Positions 1 to 12,714 of a DNA stretch of 64,000 nt are shown in pieces. The notes under the pieces are model-generated. The model did no database searches, was not told the DNA's origin, and worked only from the letters and a program-made list of their open reading frames with translations. The stretch lies in assembly GCA_964016885.1 (NCBI GenBank), contig OZ024745.1, positions 72,292,001 to 72,356,000 of the forward strand, in the 5' to 3' direction. This DNA comes from Eledone cirrhosa. Its lineage: Eukaryota. Each line of letters opens with the position of its first letter. Position 1 is the first letter of the stretch. The position numbers and the translations under genes were made by a program.

Positions 1-984
1 AGAAGGGAATCACGGGAAGGGGACAAATTATTCTATCAAATATACATATATTTATATTGAGGATAATCATAGTTTGCCATTTCTTCCTACATTTCCCGAA
101 CCAGTCAGAACTTACACACAAATAGTAATACGTGCTACCCCTCTCCTCTGACTATGCTATGAGAAGTAATATGATTCTCCTTCAGACTCCATTGAATGCC
201 TGTCCAACAGACATATTTTCTTGGGACTAATTACTTAGAGATGAAGATCTTACTAGTGAATCACCGACCTATTAAAAGTTAGTAACGTTTATAATTTTTT
301 CTTTCATGATATCTTTTTACTGGTATTACCTACATTATTCTAGTATTTTATTTCATATCATAATTTCATTTTTTATTTCATTTTTATATGAATATAATGG
401 CCTTGATAGTACGAACAAAGAACTCAACATATGTGCGACTTGCACTACATTTGGTGCAACAATGTAAATTTATAATTATCTTATTAAATAAAAAAAGCAT
501 GTAGCACTTATGTTTTGGCATGTTTGAGAATGCATACAAGAAATAAAGGCCGGAAGGAAATAACTTGAATACGTGCAGACTGCTATCAGTAAGATGTTAT
601 ATATTTTTTAAATGGTGTAAGTTTTAAAGTGTTTCTTGTGAACCATTGTAGAGTTAATATAATATATATCCTTTAAACCTTATCCTTGCAATTAAACATA
701 TCGTTCATACAATGAATGCTTTTGTAGATTTCTTTTTAGTGTTTGCCTTGCCATCATCACCATCATCAACTTTGCTATCACCAGGATTTTAATTGCGGAT
801 GCTTCTATTTATTATTCTATGTTAATGAGCTGTCTTTAAACCTTAGAAAAGTGTCGAAAAGATATATTTCTGCTGAATATTTCCGTGAAAAGCACAGCAG
901 TGCATTCAAGTTGAAATTAAAAAAAAAATAATTTCGATCCTCTACTATATCTCTGTTGTCTTTCGTTGAGTTTTCCTCACTATA

Positions 985-1032
<48 letters not shown>

Positions 1033-3229
1033 AAGCAAGTGTCTTCTGTTCTAGCGTCAGGCTGATCAGTGCGTTGTCTAATATAATAATACGCTGCAGG
1101 GCAGAACCCCTAAATAACGTGGTGACCAAGCCAGAGTTTGTTCTACACGGCTGTCCCTCGTCTATATATTTTGGCCATTTTATTTGTATTACGTCATGAG
1201 ATGCAATTTTCATATTCTCATAATGTTATTGAGTGAATGAGGAAGCCACTATAACACTTAACCTGCAAGAAAAATTACAACTAAACTCCTTTCAAAGCAC
1301 AAAGTGTTGTATTATATAAATGACATTAGGTAATGATTTGCCAGAAGACGGATGGAATGTCTTTCATTATGAAACTTCATTGAGTCCAAATCATCGTCGG
1401 CGTCGTCATCATCATGCCATGATTTGACTATGCTCTTTATCTCAGAATAGAATATAGCAGAGCTCCATAATTGCCTAATGGAATTATGTAACTTATTTTC
1501 TAATGTTCTTCCAGCTTCTTTGTTTTATAATATAAAGATTTGTACCACCCTTTGTTCCATACTATAATAATTGTTTAACTCTCTTAGTTTTGTTTTGACT
1601 GCAAAACCAAAACCCTCATATTAAATGTACATGATAAACAATACTAATTTCATAATTCTTATTTAACTTGTCTTTTTTAAATAAAAATATTCTGAAATAG
1701 AAATATTTCCATTTGGCTAATTAGTTGTGATATCACGATTAGAGAGTGCAGTAAATTCTATTTTATTTATTTATTTTGTTCCTTTACCAAAACTCTCTTG
1801 TGGAATTTCAGTTATTTACAATCGACGCCTAGAAGTATAAAATCTCTCCATACTGTTAATCGTTTTAAATTTTATTTAAGTTGTGAAGGAATGTAAAAAA
1901 AGCATTTTAAACGGTCTCGAGAATAACGTAAATCTTCTGAGACTGTTTCTAGGTTAGAAGCTGTCGACATAGGTCAACAATGGGTTATTTAGTGTGATTA
2001 AGGGATAAACTATTATAGAGGCGAATAATTTGGCAGAAGGTGTATAATTCCTGACATTGATAATAAATCTGAGTTCAATATACTCTGGTTATGATTTCAC
2101 AAACTATACATATGAGACAGATTGGATCGTGAACACGACCCACACATCCGTTACCTATAAAGCCATGCAACTGTTCTTTAATATGTTTCTTACCTGAGAA
2201 AATAGAGATAAAGCTTATCAATTATAACACATCCCATTTCTGTTTCAAACTTATTGCAGCGGTTAGGACTCAGGTTTTCGGGTCATAGTTTTCATCCGTT
2301 TTTTATTTGCCCAATTCTGCGGACTATCAAGCATTGCCGAACTGCACACGTGGCCAATCCATCTCTGCTATACGCTCTCCCATAGAAAACTACCACATCA
2401 ATAAAACGTCAGTGTATTTCTATATTTTGGTGAAACGTGTCTGCGACGCGCTTAGGGATTCTACTGAGGCTTCATTCAAATTTTCTAAATGCATATGTTA
2501 ATATGATACGTCCCATATACATAGTTATTTCATATTGCTTCTCTACATTCTCTGTAAAATAAAATTTCAACTAAGATCTTTTTCACCATTCATTACCAAC
2601 CTCTCACTTTAATTATGTGTACTAATACATAAAATAGCTGCGTGTGTATGTATGGTGGGGTGGGGTGTGGTGTGTGTGTGCAAATATGCAAATAGGACCG
2701 TCAAACTCCTAAATCGGAACGTAGATGAACCTAGAACAAAAGCAAAGTAATCACAAAATGTTCAAATACTTAAATAACTTCGAAAGCAAAGCCAACACTA
2801 AACAAAACACCCAGTGAATAAGACCATCGAGTGTCAATCTCGTAACTAATACACTCATTAAAACAAGGCCAATTACAAGCAAAATGTCTATCCACGACAA
2901 TATCGATGAATCCTACTTTAGACACCATTCATATTTCCCGATTCATACTCTATAAACCCAACCCCCAACTCACTCTAAGTACTAATATGCGTAAGACAGA
3001 ATTTTTCACGTTGCAGCTGTCATATCTCACAGTTTCTGTATAATAATAAACAATAGATAATACTTATCTGCAGCGACTTTTGTATTGATTTGTATTAATC
3101 TACACCAATCAGACCCATTCCCGCGATTAACAGATAAATTTACTTAAAAACACTAGAATAGCGTCCCGCTTAACAAACCGAAATCTCTGCAATCAACGTT
3201 ACCCAACCCCCCCCCCCCAACCCCACCAC

Positions 3230-3278
<49 letters not shown>

Positions 3279-3322
3279 AATAACAGGAGGCTAGATTGTT
3301 GTAATTCCTGAAAAGATTTATT

Positions 3323-3380
3323 ATACTATGATCATTTCAATGACCGGGTTCAGTATGAATCCGGTGACATCATCAGGTAT
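3323..3380 (-). ncRNA. Type I hammerhead ribozyme (family A, inverted arm)
   Basis: Minus strand: AUAC CUGAUGA [long stem II] GAAA UGAUCA UA GUAU. Stem I AUAC/GUAU; palindromic stem III AUGAUCAU. Confidence 0.8.
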
Positions 3381-3525
3381 TCGAAATATAACAAAGGAAT
3401 ATAATAGACAAAATCCATGGGTAAAATCAGAGACATGGGGGTGACCGAACATTTACCAGCTTCTACCACGGTCGGCCGCCCTCAAGTGAGGATTTTGTCT
3501 ATTATATTCATTTGTTATATTTCGA

Positions 3526-3583
3526 ATACCTGATGATGTCACCGGATTCATACTGAACCCGGTCATTGAAATGTTCATAGTAT
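3526..3583 (+). ncRNA. Type I hammerhead ribozyme (family A, forward arm)
   Basis: ATAC CTGATGA TGTCACCGGATTCATACTGAACCCGGTCATT GAAA TGTTCA TA GTAT; one substitution in the stem III palindrome. Confidence 0.72.
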
Positions 3584-4005
3584 AATACAACTTTTAAGGA
3601 ATTACAACCGTCCAGCCTCCTGTTATTTTATAATAATTAACTCCTTACTCGCACCACCAACTACACAAACGAAGACGGGTGAGTTGCATTACGTTGAGTG
3701 CTCTCCATAATATTACATCGAGGTTGACCATACGGAATGACCAGTTCTATCCAGTGGTAAACCAACAAACCTAAATAAATATATATATATATGTATGTAT
3801 GTATATACACTGTAGTACAAGTGTGGTAGAAATATCCAAGGGTGAGAGCACTCAGTCCATAGGACGAGTTATTAAGTATAATTAGTTACAGCAGTGATAC
3901 ATACAGGTACTATATATATATATATATATAATATATATATATATATAATATATATATATATATATAATATATAAGACCAAAAGATGGTTAAATGAGTTCC
4001 ATGTA

Positions 4006-4072
4006 TTTTATTATGCGCATTTCAAAAACAAATATCATCATGCAATAACATTTGTGTTTTCATCAGATACAA
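4006..4072 (-). ncRNA. Type I hammerhead ribozyme (family B, inverted arm)
   Basis: Reverse complement of the motif at 4205-4271, with one stem I substitution. Confidence 0.75.
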
Positions 4073-4204
4073 TATGAGGACATGATATGAAGGTTAAAAA
4101 CACTTGTGGATAGTGCAGTTTTAAATCAACATATCAATGATTATATGTTGATTTAAAACTGCACTATCCACAAGTGTTTTTAACCTTCATATCATGTCCT
4201 CATA

Positions 4205-4271
4205 TTTTATCTGATGAAAACACAAATGTTATTGCATGATGATATTTGTTTTTGAAATGCGCATAATAAAA
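4205..4271 (+). ncRNA. Type I hammerhead ribozyme (family B, forward arm)
   Basis: TTTTAT CTGATGA AAACACAAATGTTATT..GATATTTGTTTTT GAAA TGCGCA TA ATAAAA. Stem I TTTTAT/ATAAAA; palindromic stem III ATGCGCAT; AUA cleavage triplet. Confidence 0.82.
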
Positions 4272-4396
4272 TACATGGAACTCATTTAACCATCTTTTGA
4301 TCTTATATATTATGTATACTCCAGTCCTACAAACTGTAGAGTGCTTCTTATCCGATATCTGCATTGCTTTATTGTACTACAATAAAACTCACCTCC

Positions 4397-4435
<39 letters not shown>

Positions 4436-4549
4436 AAAAATGAAATTTCATTTCTCACTCTTAATACGGCTGATACTTAAATATAAGTATGTATACGTTC
4501 ATACATATATGTATACAGACGTACAGTAGTATGTATATACATACATACA

Positions 4550-4596
<47 letters not shown>

Positions 4597-4713
4597 GTAT
4601 GGGTTTACCGAACATTTATTATAATGTTCGGTTTGTTTGTAAACAAACAGCCCGAATTAAGATGTACAGTGTTCGGCAACCATCGGGGCCCTTTTGTTCA
4701 ACACTGACAAAGA

Positions 4714-4756
4714 ACGATGAACTAGTTTCTAGCTTATTAGCTGTCATCAGCACCGT
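4714..4756 (-). ncRNA. Type I hammerhead ribozyme (family C)
   Basis: Minus: ACGGUG CUGAUGA CAGCU AAUA AGCUA GAAA CUAG UU CAUCGU. Confidence 0.8.
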
Positions 4757-5020
4757 ATACCTTCCTGTCAGTCGATTGAACGTTTGAAAGTATATACTTT
4801 CCTTATGCATATTAACGGCTGAGCAGCCTAATTCGCATATCGAGTGAGTTAGTCGGCCGGGCGTACCGAAAACGATAAATGGAAAAAATTAAATTTCATT
4901 TCTCACTCTTAGTACGGCTGATACTTAAATATAAGTATGTATACGTACATACATATATGTATACAGACATACATACATGCACACATATATATATGTACGT
5001 ATGGGTTTACTGACACAGGA

Positions 5021-5063
5021 ACGATGAACTAGTTTCTAGCTTATTAGCTGTCATCAGCACCGT
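5021..5063 (-). ncRNA. Type I hammerhead ribozyme (family C)
   Basis: Same motif as 4714-4756. Confidence 0.8.
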
Positions 5064-6434
5064 AGAGCTCCCTGTCAGTCGATTATAACTAACTTCCGCG
5101 TCTTCGATCTACCTCCTTTTCTCCTTACTTGGATTGGAAATCTTAGTTAAACAGCTTGTTGTAAAGGGTGGCTTAGGGGTGGTGGATTAAAAGAATTGGT
5201 AGAGCGACGATAAAATGTCATTGGGGTAATTGTCTTGACGTTTAACATTCTGAGCAATATTCCGTTGTGATCTGCTTTACATTTCATCTTTCCGTGGTCG
5301 ATGATATAATGCACCAGCCACGTACTATATCTTTTAATCAATCTTGCCTTTCCCCTAAATTTGATGACCGTGTTTCTAAATTAATGCATTCTTGTCCTCT
5401 CGCTAAACAATTTCTTATTCTTTTTGAGTCTTACAAATCTTTCATTCTTTTAGTGGTTTCTTTCATTCAACTCCTGGGGCGCTACCTTCAACGATATTAG
5501 TCGATTATATCGAATCCAGTATTTATTTAAATCTACTACCTATCTCGGTTTGTCATTCAACCGCTAAGTAATGGGATGCAAAGGGAGGAATAAACACTGA
5601 TTACTAGAGTGGTGTAAACATGAACGCTGTCATAGGGATTAGAAGCACACAGGCACATACGTGCCTACTAATGAGTGTGTATATATATATATATATAATG
5701 TTTTTCCAATGAACATTGGAATTTTGGTGACTCAAAGCCCGTCGTAGACACATGCAAACATACTTATGTGTGTGAATATTTTTAGATTTGTCTATGTCTG
5801 TGGGTTTGTCCCAGAACGTAACGGTTCGACTAAAGGAGATCGATAAAACAAGTTCCACACTTGAACCAATATATCCTGAGGTCGATGTGATCGCTTACAT
5901 CAAGGTTATGTCGCAGCCTGACAGCAGCTTAATGTGTGAAACCAGTATATGCGTAAAATAATAAAAGAGTATTCTCAAACATAGATGGATACGTGCTGTC
6001 ACATATATATACTTATTTCATTATAATTTTGAAGAAATAATATACCTGAAAACAAGGGAAGGAAAGTGTTGTCTGCTCTGCATTCATATAGTTGATGCGT
6101 TAATTAGTTTATGCAATTTATAAAATAAACACAGGCGCAAATGACTCCAGAATCATCAATGTTTCTAACATTTACCGACAATGTGTCTACAATGAACAAG
6201 TATAGTCTTGTAATTACATTCCTCTTTCGTCTCTATTTACAAAGTTTTACGTAAAATATGATGTTAGATTACAACGAGGTGCTGATCTGATAATTCAAAG
6301 GCAGTAATCATACAAACACATCTTAAATACTTGAAACATGTCTCCGTTCTTACATCTTTGCTGCTTTATCCCTAGGTCTCAAAGGAATACAATAGTATAT
6401 AGGTAGTTTTTCTTACTCAATACTAATATATATA

Positions 6435-6533
6435 CAGGGTGTCCCAAAAATGTATACATAATTTGATTACTAGTACAGGCAATATTTATTAGAATGCTGT
6501 TGAAGTGTGTATACATTTTTGTGGGACACGCTC
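6435..6533. mobile_element. Tc1/mariner-type MITE (~100 bp)
   Basis: TA-CAGGGTGTCCCAAAAATGTATACA ... TGTATACATTTTTGTGGGACACGCTC-TA; imperfect TIRs with TA flanks. Confidence 0.65.
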
Positions 6534-7777
6534 TATATGGATCCCGTTCCCCTTCTTTCTCTAACTCTCGTTATCTAGTCTACTTCTTTCTCATCTTTTT
6601 CACCTCATCCCTCCGTCTTTAAACTCTAAATTTTGATAGGTAACAGAACCTCTTTAAATCAACCCCGTCACCCAAACGCACTCTAAAGTTAGCCATTTCC
6701 CTATTGTCTATTTATTTCTAGTATTTCTTGTGATATTTTTATGTATTTATTTGTGTTTTTATCAAAAAACGCTTGTAAAGTTTCCTGTCCATTCTTTGTT
6801 TGTTATCGTTTTTCATGTATCTTACCAACAGAGCTGTTCTCTAATCTGCTGTACAAACTAGCGTTACACCTTCATGCACGAAAGTAAACGCCATCAAAAT
6901 GGCTGATGAGGTTGGGGTTCAAATATATGTAAGGATACACGTGTCTGTGGAATACACATAGAATTGCAAGATAATTTCACACGTAAGCTGCACTGTAAAT
7001 CGACCAACGGGAACGCCCATCGTCGCATCCAAAGTAGGTCCTTTCAAGCATGTATTCCGTTATATTAGGTACTGCAACCGGATCTCGTACATTAAAATGA
7101 TGCTAAGATCACGCTTGTATGGACCATTTTCATATTAGTGGTAGCTTGGTAACTGTTAAGATTTCCTTTATTTTACTTCAGTATGCTTAAATATTTAGAA
7201 CAAACACACAAAAACATACACACATACACACAAAAACACACACACACACAATCAATCAAACACACACACTGACACAAATATATAGTTTTGCTGTGTAATG
7301 TATTTTCAAGAGTTAATCCTCTCAATATGCAAATGAGCTTATTACGTGTAAGCTAAACAATATTTTCTTAGTAGAAAAGCGAATTTAAGCGGAAACTGAT
7401 GAGGTATGACAATTTCAGAGCCAGCCTTTCCGCCGTTACGTGTGGTATACGCCCAATATTCATTCCAAAACATGTTAAATATTCGAAACATTTGATCATA
7501 TATTAAGACTTTAGCTTTCATAGTTTGGATGTAAAATGATATATTAATATAAGTGTTTTCTCATACTTAACAGATTCTCGGGTTCTTTCTAAATGTTATT
7601 TAGTATTATATATCGTTTACATATCATAAAATACATTTTAAAGACAATCTATTAATTATGAATATTATGTTTTTCATTCAAGCAAGCTTCGTCTTGATTG
7701 TTGATATTCAGTATCTTTCCAAGAGCAACAAAATACTGGAAATGTTCTTACTGGAGTAAGTTTAGGTGATCTGATAT

Positions 7778-8078
7778 TTTGTTGTGGGATTTGCATCTAG
7801 AAAGTTACCCTCCGAGGCACAAATCCGAGCAGGATTGTTTGTGGAAGACCAACAGACACCCGTGCATACCAGTTTCCCCTCTCCATGCCACTGATGTTAT
7901 CCAAGGAAAAGGCAGAGGCCTATACAGCTTGGCACTAGTGACGTTGCAACTCCTTTCTACAGCTGAGTGAAGTGGAACAACGTGAAATAATGTGTCTTGC
8001 AAAGCCCAGTCCGAGAATCGAACTCACAACCTCACGATTGTAGGCCCGACGCTCTAACCTCTAAGCCACGCACCTTCA
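7778..8078 (-). mobile_element. tRNA-derived SINE (family also at 49260 and 60452)
   Basis: Minus strand has A-box-like GTGGCTTAGAGGTTAGAGC and B-box GAGTTCGATTC. The body aligns by eye with 60452-60737. Confidence 0.7.
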
Positions 8079-10334
8079 CATAGGGTGTAGCTATTTAATA
8101 TATGGTGCAACAATAGAATTAAAAAAAAAAACTCTGTAAAAAGAAGTATTATTAATTCATAACACCAACAACTTATGTCATTTGCTAGGGATCAAATAAG
8201 TATTGCCTTAGGGTGCCGACTAACAGAATTGTGAATGATGTGGTTATTCATATGACAATAACAAAATCAATCAATTATTCTTCAGCTATTCGTACTATCA
8301 CTGGTCGTTAAACATCCATACTTTGGTTCTTCATACATAAAAGTTACATGGAAAGCTACACTCGACATCCACGATCATTATCCTTCCATTATTTTATATG
8401 TTTCCTCCCTTTCGTTTTATATAATATATATTACAAAATTCCTAAAATATCGTTTTTCTTTTTTAAACAAATTATTTCAAAAGATGATGTCTTTAAAAAT
8501 AATGAATGTATAAATTCACATAAATACACATAAACATTAACTATAAGAAAGTATGAATTCTTGTTGCTGAAAATTAAATTCTAGCTACTTTTATCCATAT
8601 TTCTATCGCTTGACTCAATGGAAACAAGAGAAGGATGTAGATTAAATGGTTTATAATTAAATTTAGCCACAGCATAATATTGAATACCGAGTACAAATAT
8701 CTCCCACGTTGTACCGATAACACGAGCAACAAATTGATTTTAGAAATATCAAGATCGCCGGTGGCGAATCTATGTCTTAACAATTAGATTATTACATTAT
8801 TACGTTTGATTAGGGAAAGTTGGATTTCCATTCAGCTGAAAAAACAAAACAAAACAACAAAAACAAAAAAAAAACAAGAAGCAGGAGAGAACTTAGAAGA
8901 AATTTATAAATACTAAATTTAAGCAAAATATAGGAAAAAGCTAAAATGTTCCGATATTATATATCTTCCGCTTTTTCAGTTCGTTTTCCTATATATCTTA
9001 CAACACATCGTGTTTTAGAATATCAAAGAAAACATCTGACGAACACATTAGAAAGATAATGGGATTGCGTAAAATAATCTTTTTGTTAGCTTTTATAATC
9101 TCACTTAGGCATTTTTATATCTTAGAGTTTACGTTTTCATAATCTATTATTTATGTATTTATTATAAAGTTAATTGAATAGTAAACGTATTGAAGATATT
9201 AGGAAGAACTTAACTGTTATTTTAGTACATCATGCTTGAAACCGCAAAACAGGTTTTAAGAAATGTATATTATAGCTTGGTAATAGTGTTTGACATGGAA
9301 TATAAATTTCGGGTGGTAGCAAACGTTGTCAACTCAATCCAATCTGTAATTGCTTTAACTTATTATTGAGCAACTTTGAATATGAGTTATCACATCTTAA
9401 CCAAATAAATTATAGCACAATTGCAACAATATGTAACTGCTTACATCACTCAGTTTAGAGTTACACATATACGTGCGAGGTGTATAGGGGTTATGTCGTC
9501 TTTATATATATTATGATATCTAAGTGTACATGTATACATTTATACTAGTCAAATTGTAATTATTTATAATTTTGAGACCTTATAAAATAAGAGGAAACTT
9601 TAGAGTGTCCAGGATCACTTAGTTTTTGAACTTCAATATTACTTTTCAGTTTAAAGATAACTAATGGAGAAATAAAATAAGATTCGTGTAATGCATATAC
9701 AGGTTAAATTACTAAGACTTCTATTTCTTGCTTTTTGCCACTCTATGCTATACAAGAATTCGAAAATATTTTTGTAATATTCTTTCCTAATGGCGGGTGA
9801 AAGAATACATAAATATATTTGATATAATAATGATTGCTATAAAACAGTCAGTAGACCTCAAACATATTTCCATGTATCTAATAGAGAAAGTAACTTGTTA
9901 AATTACGAAAGCTGCCGCGTTTGCTAAGTGGTTGGATGAAAGTACAATATACGAAAATACATAAAATAGTTAATAGGATTTTAATCATTCTCGATGAAAG
10001 ATATTCCATACCTCTTGTTGAAAATTTCTTTTTCATTCAGAAAATGTTGAAGAAAACTAACATATATCGTAGCAAATATTTATTGAATCTCAACACAAGT
10101 GCTGGCATGGTTGTTTCGCATCCAAAGCACCGTGTAGAGAAGGTGTCACTCATAGTTCTTACTAGAAGGTCTGTTCCAGAATAAAATAAAAAAAAAACCC
10201 TTAATTCTATATTATAAGGAGTAAGTATCATTGCGTATGTATATGTGTAACAAGTTTGAAAAACATATAATTGAAAACAACATTCAGTGAATTTTGTGAC
10301 ACTTGATGAAACTGTAATATTTGTACATATATAA

Positions 10335-10548
10335 CATAGCGGGGAAGTAGTATTTATAGAGCATCGGAAATTATGCCATTGCGGAATTTGTTTTGGCTCT
10401 TTACGTTATGAGTTCAAATCCGGCTGAGTTTAACTGTACCTGTTCATTCTTCTGGCTTCGATAAAATAAAATACCAGTCATTTACTTCATTTAATTAATC
10501 AACGTGGCCCTTCCCTCAAAATTTGCTGGCATTATGCCTAAATTAAAA
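10335..10548 (+). mobile_element. tRNA-derived SINE, second family (GAGTTCAAATCC...TTCATCC...GTCGATAAAATAAAGTACCAGT type), diverged
   Basis: B-box GAGTTCAAATCC and a central motif shared with 13623-13812, 21401-21560 and 61622-61782. Confidence 0.55.
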
Positions 10549-11477
10549 ATCAATATTTGTACCAGCCAATAGATAATATACAACGATAAAGGACATACCA
10601 AGTTATAATAACTATTTGGGTTGCTATGAGTGACTAAATATTGAAAACCCAAAGGCGGTGTCTCAGCATGCTCGCATTCCAATATCTAAAATTAGTAAAA
10701 GAATTAACGAGCAATTCTCAGGTTTAATTGCCCATAATGCTATGCTGAATTATAGAGGATTGGTAAATGTATGCAATGTAAATACAGACACAAGATATCT
10801 ACATGCACTTTCAAAAGTAGAACCGCCCATGTTTCATTACATTAGTACAGTAACACAAACATACGTTTACATGTCATCAAAAAAATTTCGTCTTGTCAGA
10901 ATGCCTTAATGTAATATTTTCTATATTCAAATAACATGACGGTAAATGTATGAATTAAAATTAACATATTGGAGTTTTATATCTTATGTTACGCTTCATA
11001 TATCAGTATAGATGGGATATTCAAAGATAAAATAAAATTTATTTTCGATGTGAAAAAGTTCTCTGTTAATATTGAAAAGAAAAGATATTCGAGCTGTTTA
11101 CCACCATCCTGAGGAATTCTAGATGGACGACAAAATTTAAAATTATGTGCTTGATATTTTGTTCGCCAACCCTTTTCAACTTTAAACCTCAAGGTAAAAT
11201 TATGAGTTTCTATTTTAAACAAAATCATGTACTGCACCAACTTCAGCGGAATTTTGACTTAGAGATACATTTGAAATAATTTGCACTGATGTTAAATTGT
11301 TTAATTTTGTTGGAATATATAGATCCTATATGCGACAAATTGGTGGATAGAATGCTTCACGGTATTTGTTCTTGTGTTTAAATCAGGCCAACGTCAAGCT
11401 TGCTTCTCATCAGATTGAGGTCGATAACAAAAATACACGTCGAATACTAGAGTCAATTCTTCTATATCTATTTCATA

Positions 11478-11536
<59 letters not shown>

Positions 11537-11540
<4 letters not shown>

Positions 11541-11877
11541 AAAGACTAGAGGTGTAACACACAAGTTATTATATATTGGTAAACGGAATAGAAAATGCTG
11601 ACAAATTGTTCACAGTTGAAAAATGGTTTAATTAGGAATAAAAGAGTATTAGTGATTGTATGGGTTAGTATTCAGTTGTGGTGTTAAGTTTTTACCGGTT
11701 GCGCATTTCTAAATGCTTTTCAAAAATAATTTTGAGATAGTGTCCGTGCTGTTTGCTCTGATCTGAGAAACTTAAAACCACAACTGAATACTAACCCATA
11801 CAATCACTAATACTCTTATTCCTAATTAAACCATTTTTCAACTGTGAACAATTTGCCAGCATTTTCTATTCCGTTTA

Positions 11878-11886
<9 letters not shown>
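11537..11886 (-). mobile_element. Fold-back insertion in (TA)n (arms ~11570-11691 / ~11768-11886, one-sided tail 11537-11569), no clear ribozyme
   Basis: ~120-bp inverted repeat with a ~75-nt spacer, TA runs on both sides. Confidence 0.7.
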
Positions 11887-11922
<36 letters not shown>

Positions 11923-12292
11923 AGAGAGAGATGTAGTCATATAAAACGATTCGAAGTTTTATATATTATTTCTACAATTTAGATCGTAACACTATATACA
12001 GTATGTACAGTTTCCTGTTTATAAAATTAATTAATATATAAATATATAACATCACGCCCATTGTGGAAACAAAAGAAGAAGCAAAACGAATCCTGTGAAC
12101 TGCAAATCAAAGCCAAAAGAGGTCAAAGTCTGTCCTTAATGCGAGGGCAGAAAAAGGAATTTGATTTTAAGATTGGAAGTGAACCAATTCTACAAGTCAG
12201 GTATTAGACAATTGTCTTGTTCGTATCTACGCAGTACTAAAGTATACAAAAAAAAAAAAAAAAAGACGGTAATGAGATAGAGGCGAATATAT

Positions 12293-12714
12293 GCTTCTGC
12301 TGGACATCACCAGAGGGCGTTAGCCCCCCCCCCCCCCGGCGTTTGCATAGCTACGGCTTCCTAAAACCGTATTTCTTTGGAAATACGAAATATTTATACA
12401 TATTGTATAAAGCTATGCTTGAAGCTAAATCCTATTTCTTTTCTGTTATAAGTTGAGCCAACTTATACAGCTTCATATGCAAATGAGATTAATCTTTTAC
12501 ACAGACGAGAAAACTATATATTCTCGCCTATCTTCGAGTCCAGCAGTCGCAAGCGGTGGGAGGGACCGTCCTGACGATGGCCAGTTAAGCCTGAATAGTG
12601 ACGGTTGTCCCCCTTGCTTCTGCTGGACATCACCAGAGGGAGTTAGCCCCTCGGTGTTTGCATAGCTATGGCTTCCTAAAACCGTATTTCTTTGGAGATA
12701 CGAAATATTTATAC
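12293..12714 (+). repeat. Partial direct duplication (~12293-12400 vs ~12615-12714) with a GC-rich hairpin carrying a degenerate hammerhead
   Basis: TGCTTCTGCTGGACATCACCAGAGGG...GAAATATTTATACA is present twice. Hairpin at 12538-12628 with ACCGTC CTGACGA..GAA TAGT GACGGT at its apex. Confidence 0.65.

Larger units (their letters stand above)
3272..3778 (+). mobile_element. Fold-back non-autonomous PLE-like insertion, family A (inverted arms ~3272-3416 / ~3490-3634, tail to ~3778), flanked by (TA)n
   Basis: The left arm is the reverse complement of the right arm and each carries a hammerhead. A homologous element lies at 56098-56612. TA runs on both sides. Confidence 0.8.
3964..4400 (+). mobile_element. 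Fold-back non-autonomous PLE-like insertion, family B (arms 3964-4134 / 4143-4313, tail 4314-4400) in (TA)n
   Basis: Near-perfect ~170-bp inverted repeat with an 8-nt loop and a hammerhead in each arm. A second family copy lies at 32676-33083. Confidence 0.85.
4432..5085 (-). mobile_element. Retrozyme-like tandem repeat (family C), ~1.5 diverged units, second unit internally deleted
   Basis: Clear homology to the 28761-30050 units. The unit start recurs at ~4432 and ~4879; two hammerheads. Confidence 0.8.

Noticed and set aside
6899-7420. Isolated CTGATGAG words at ~6903 and ~7396
   Set aside because: No downstream stem II/GAAA/stem I complement; expected by chance.
7990-8078. tRNA-like A/B boxes (also 49260, 60452)
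   Set aside because: No complete cloverleaf, and they continue into a shared repeat body, so these are SINE heads rather than tRNA genes.
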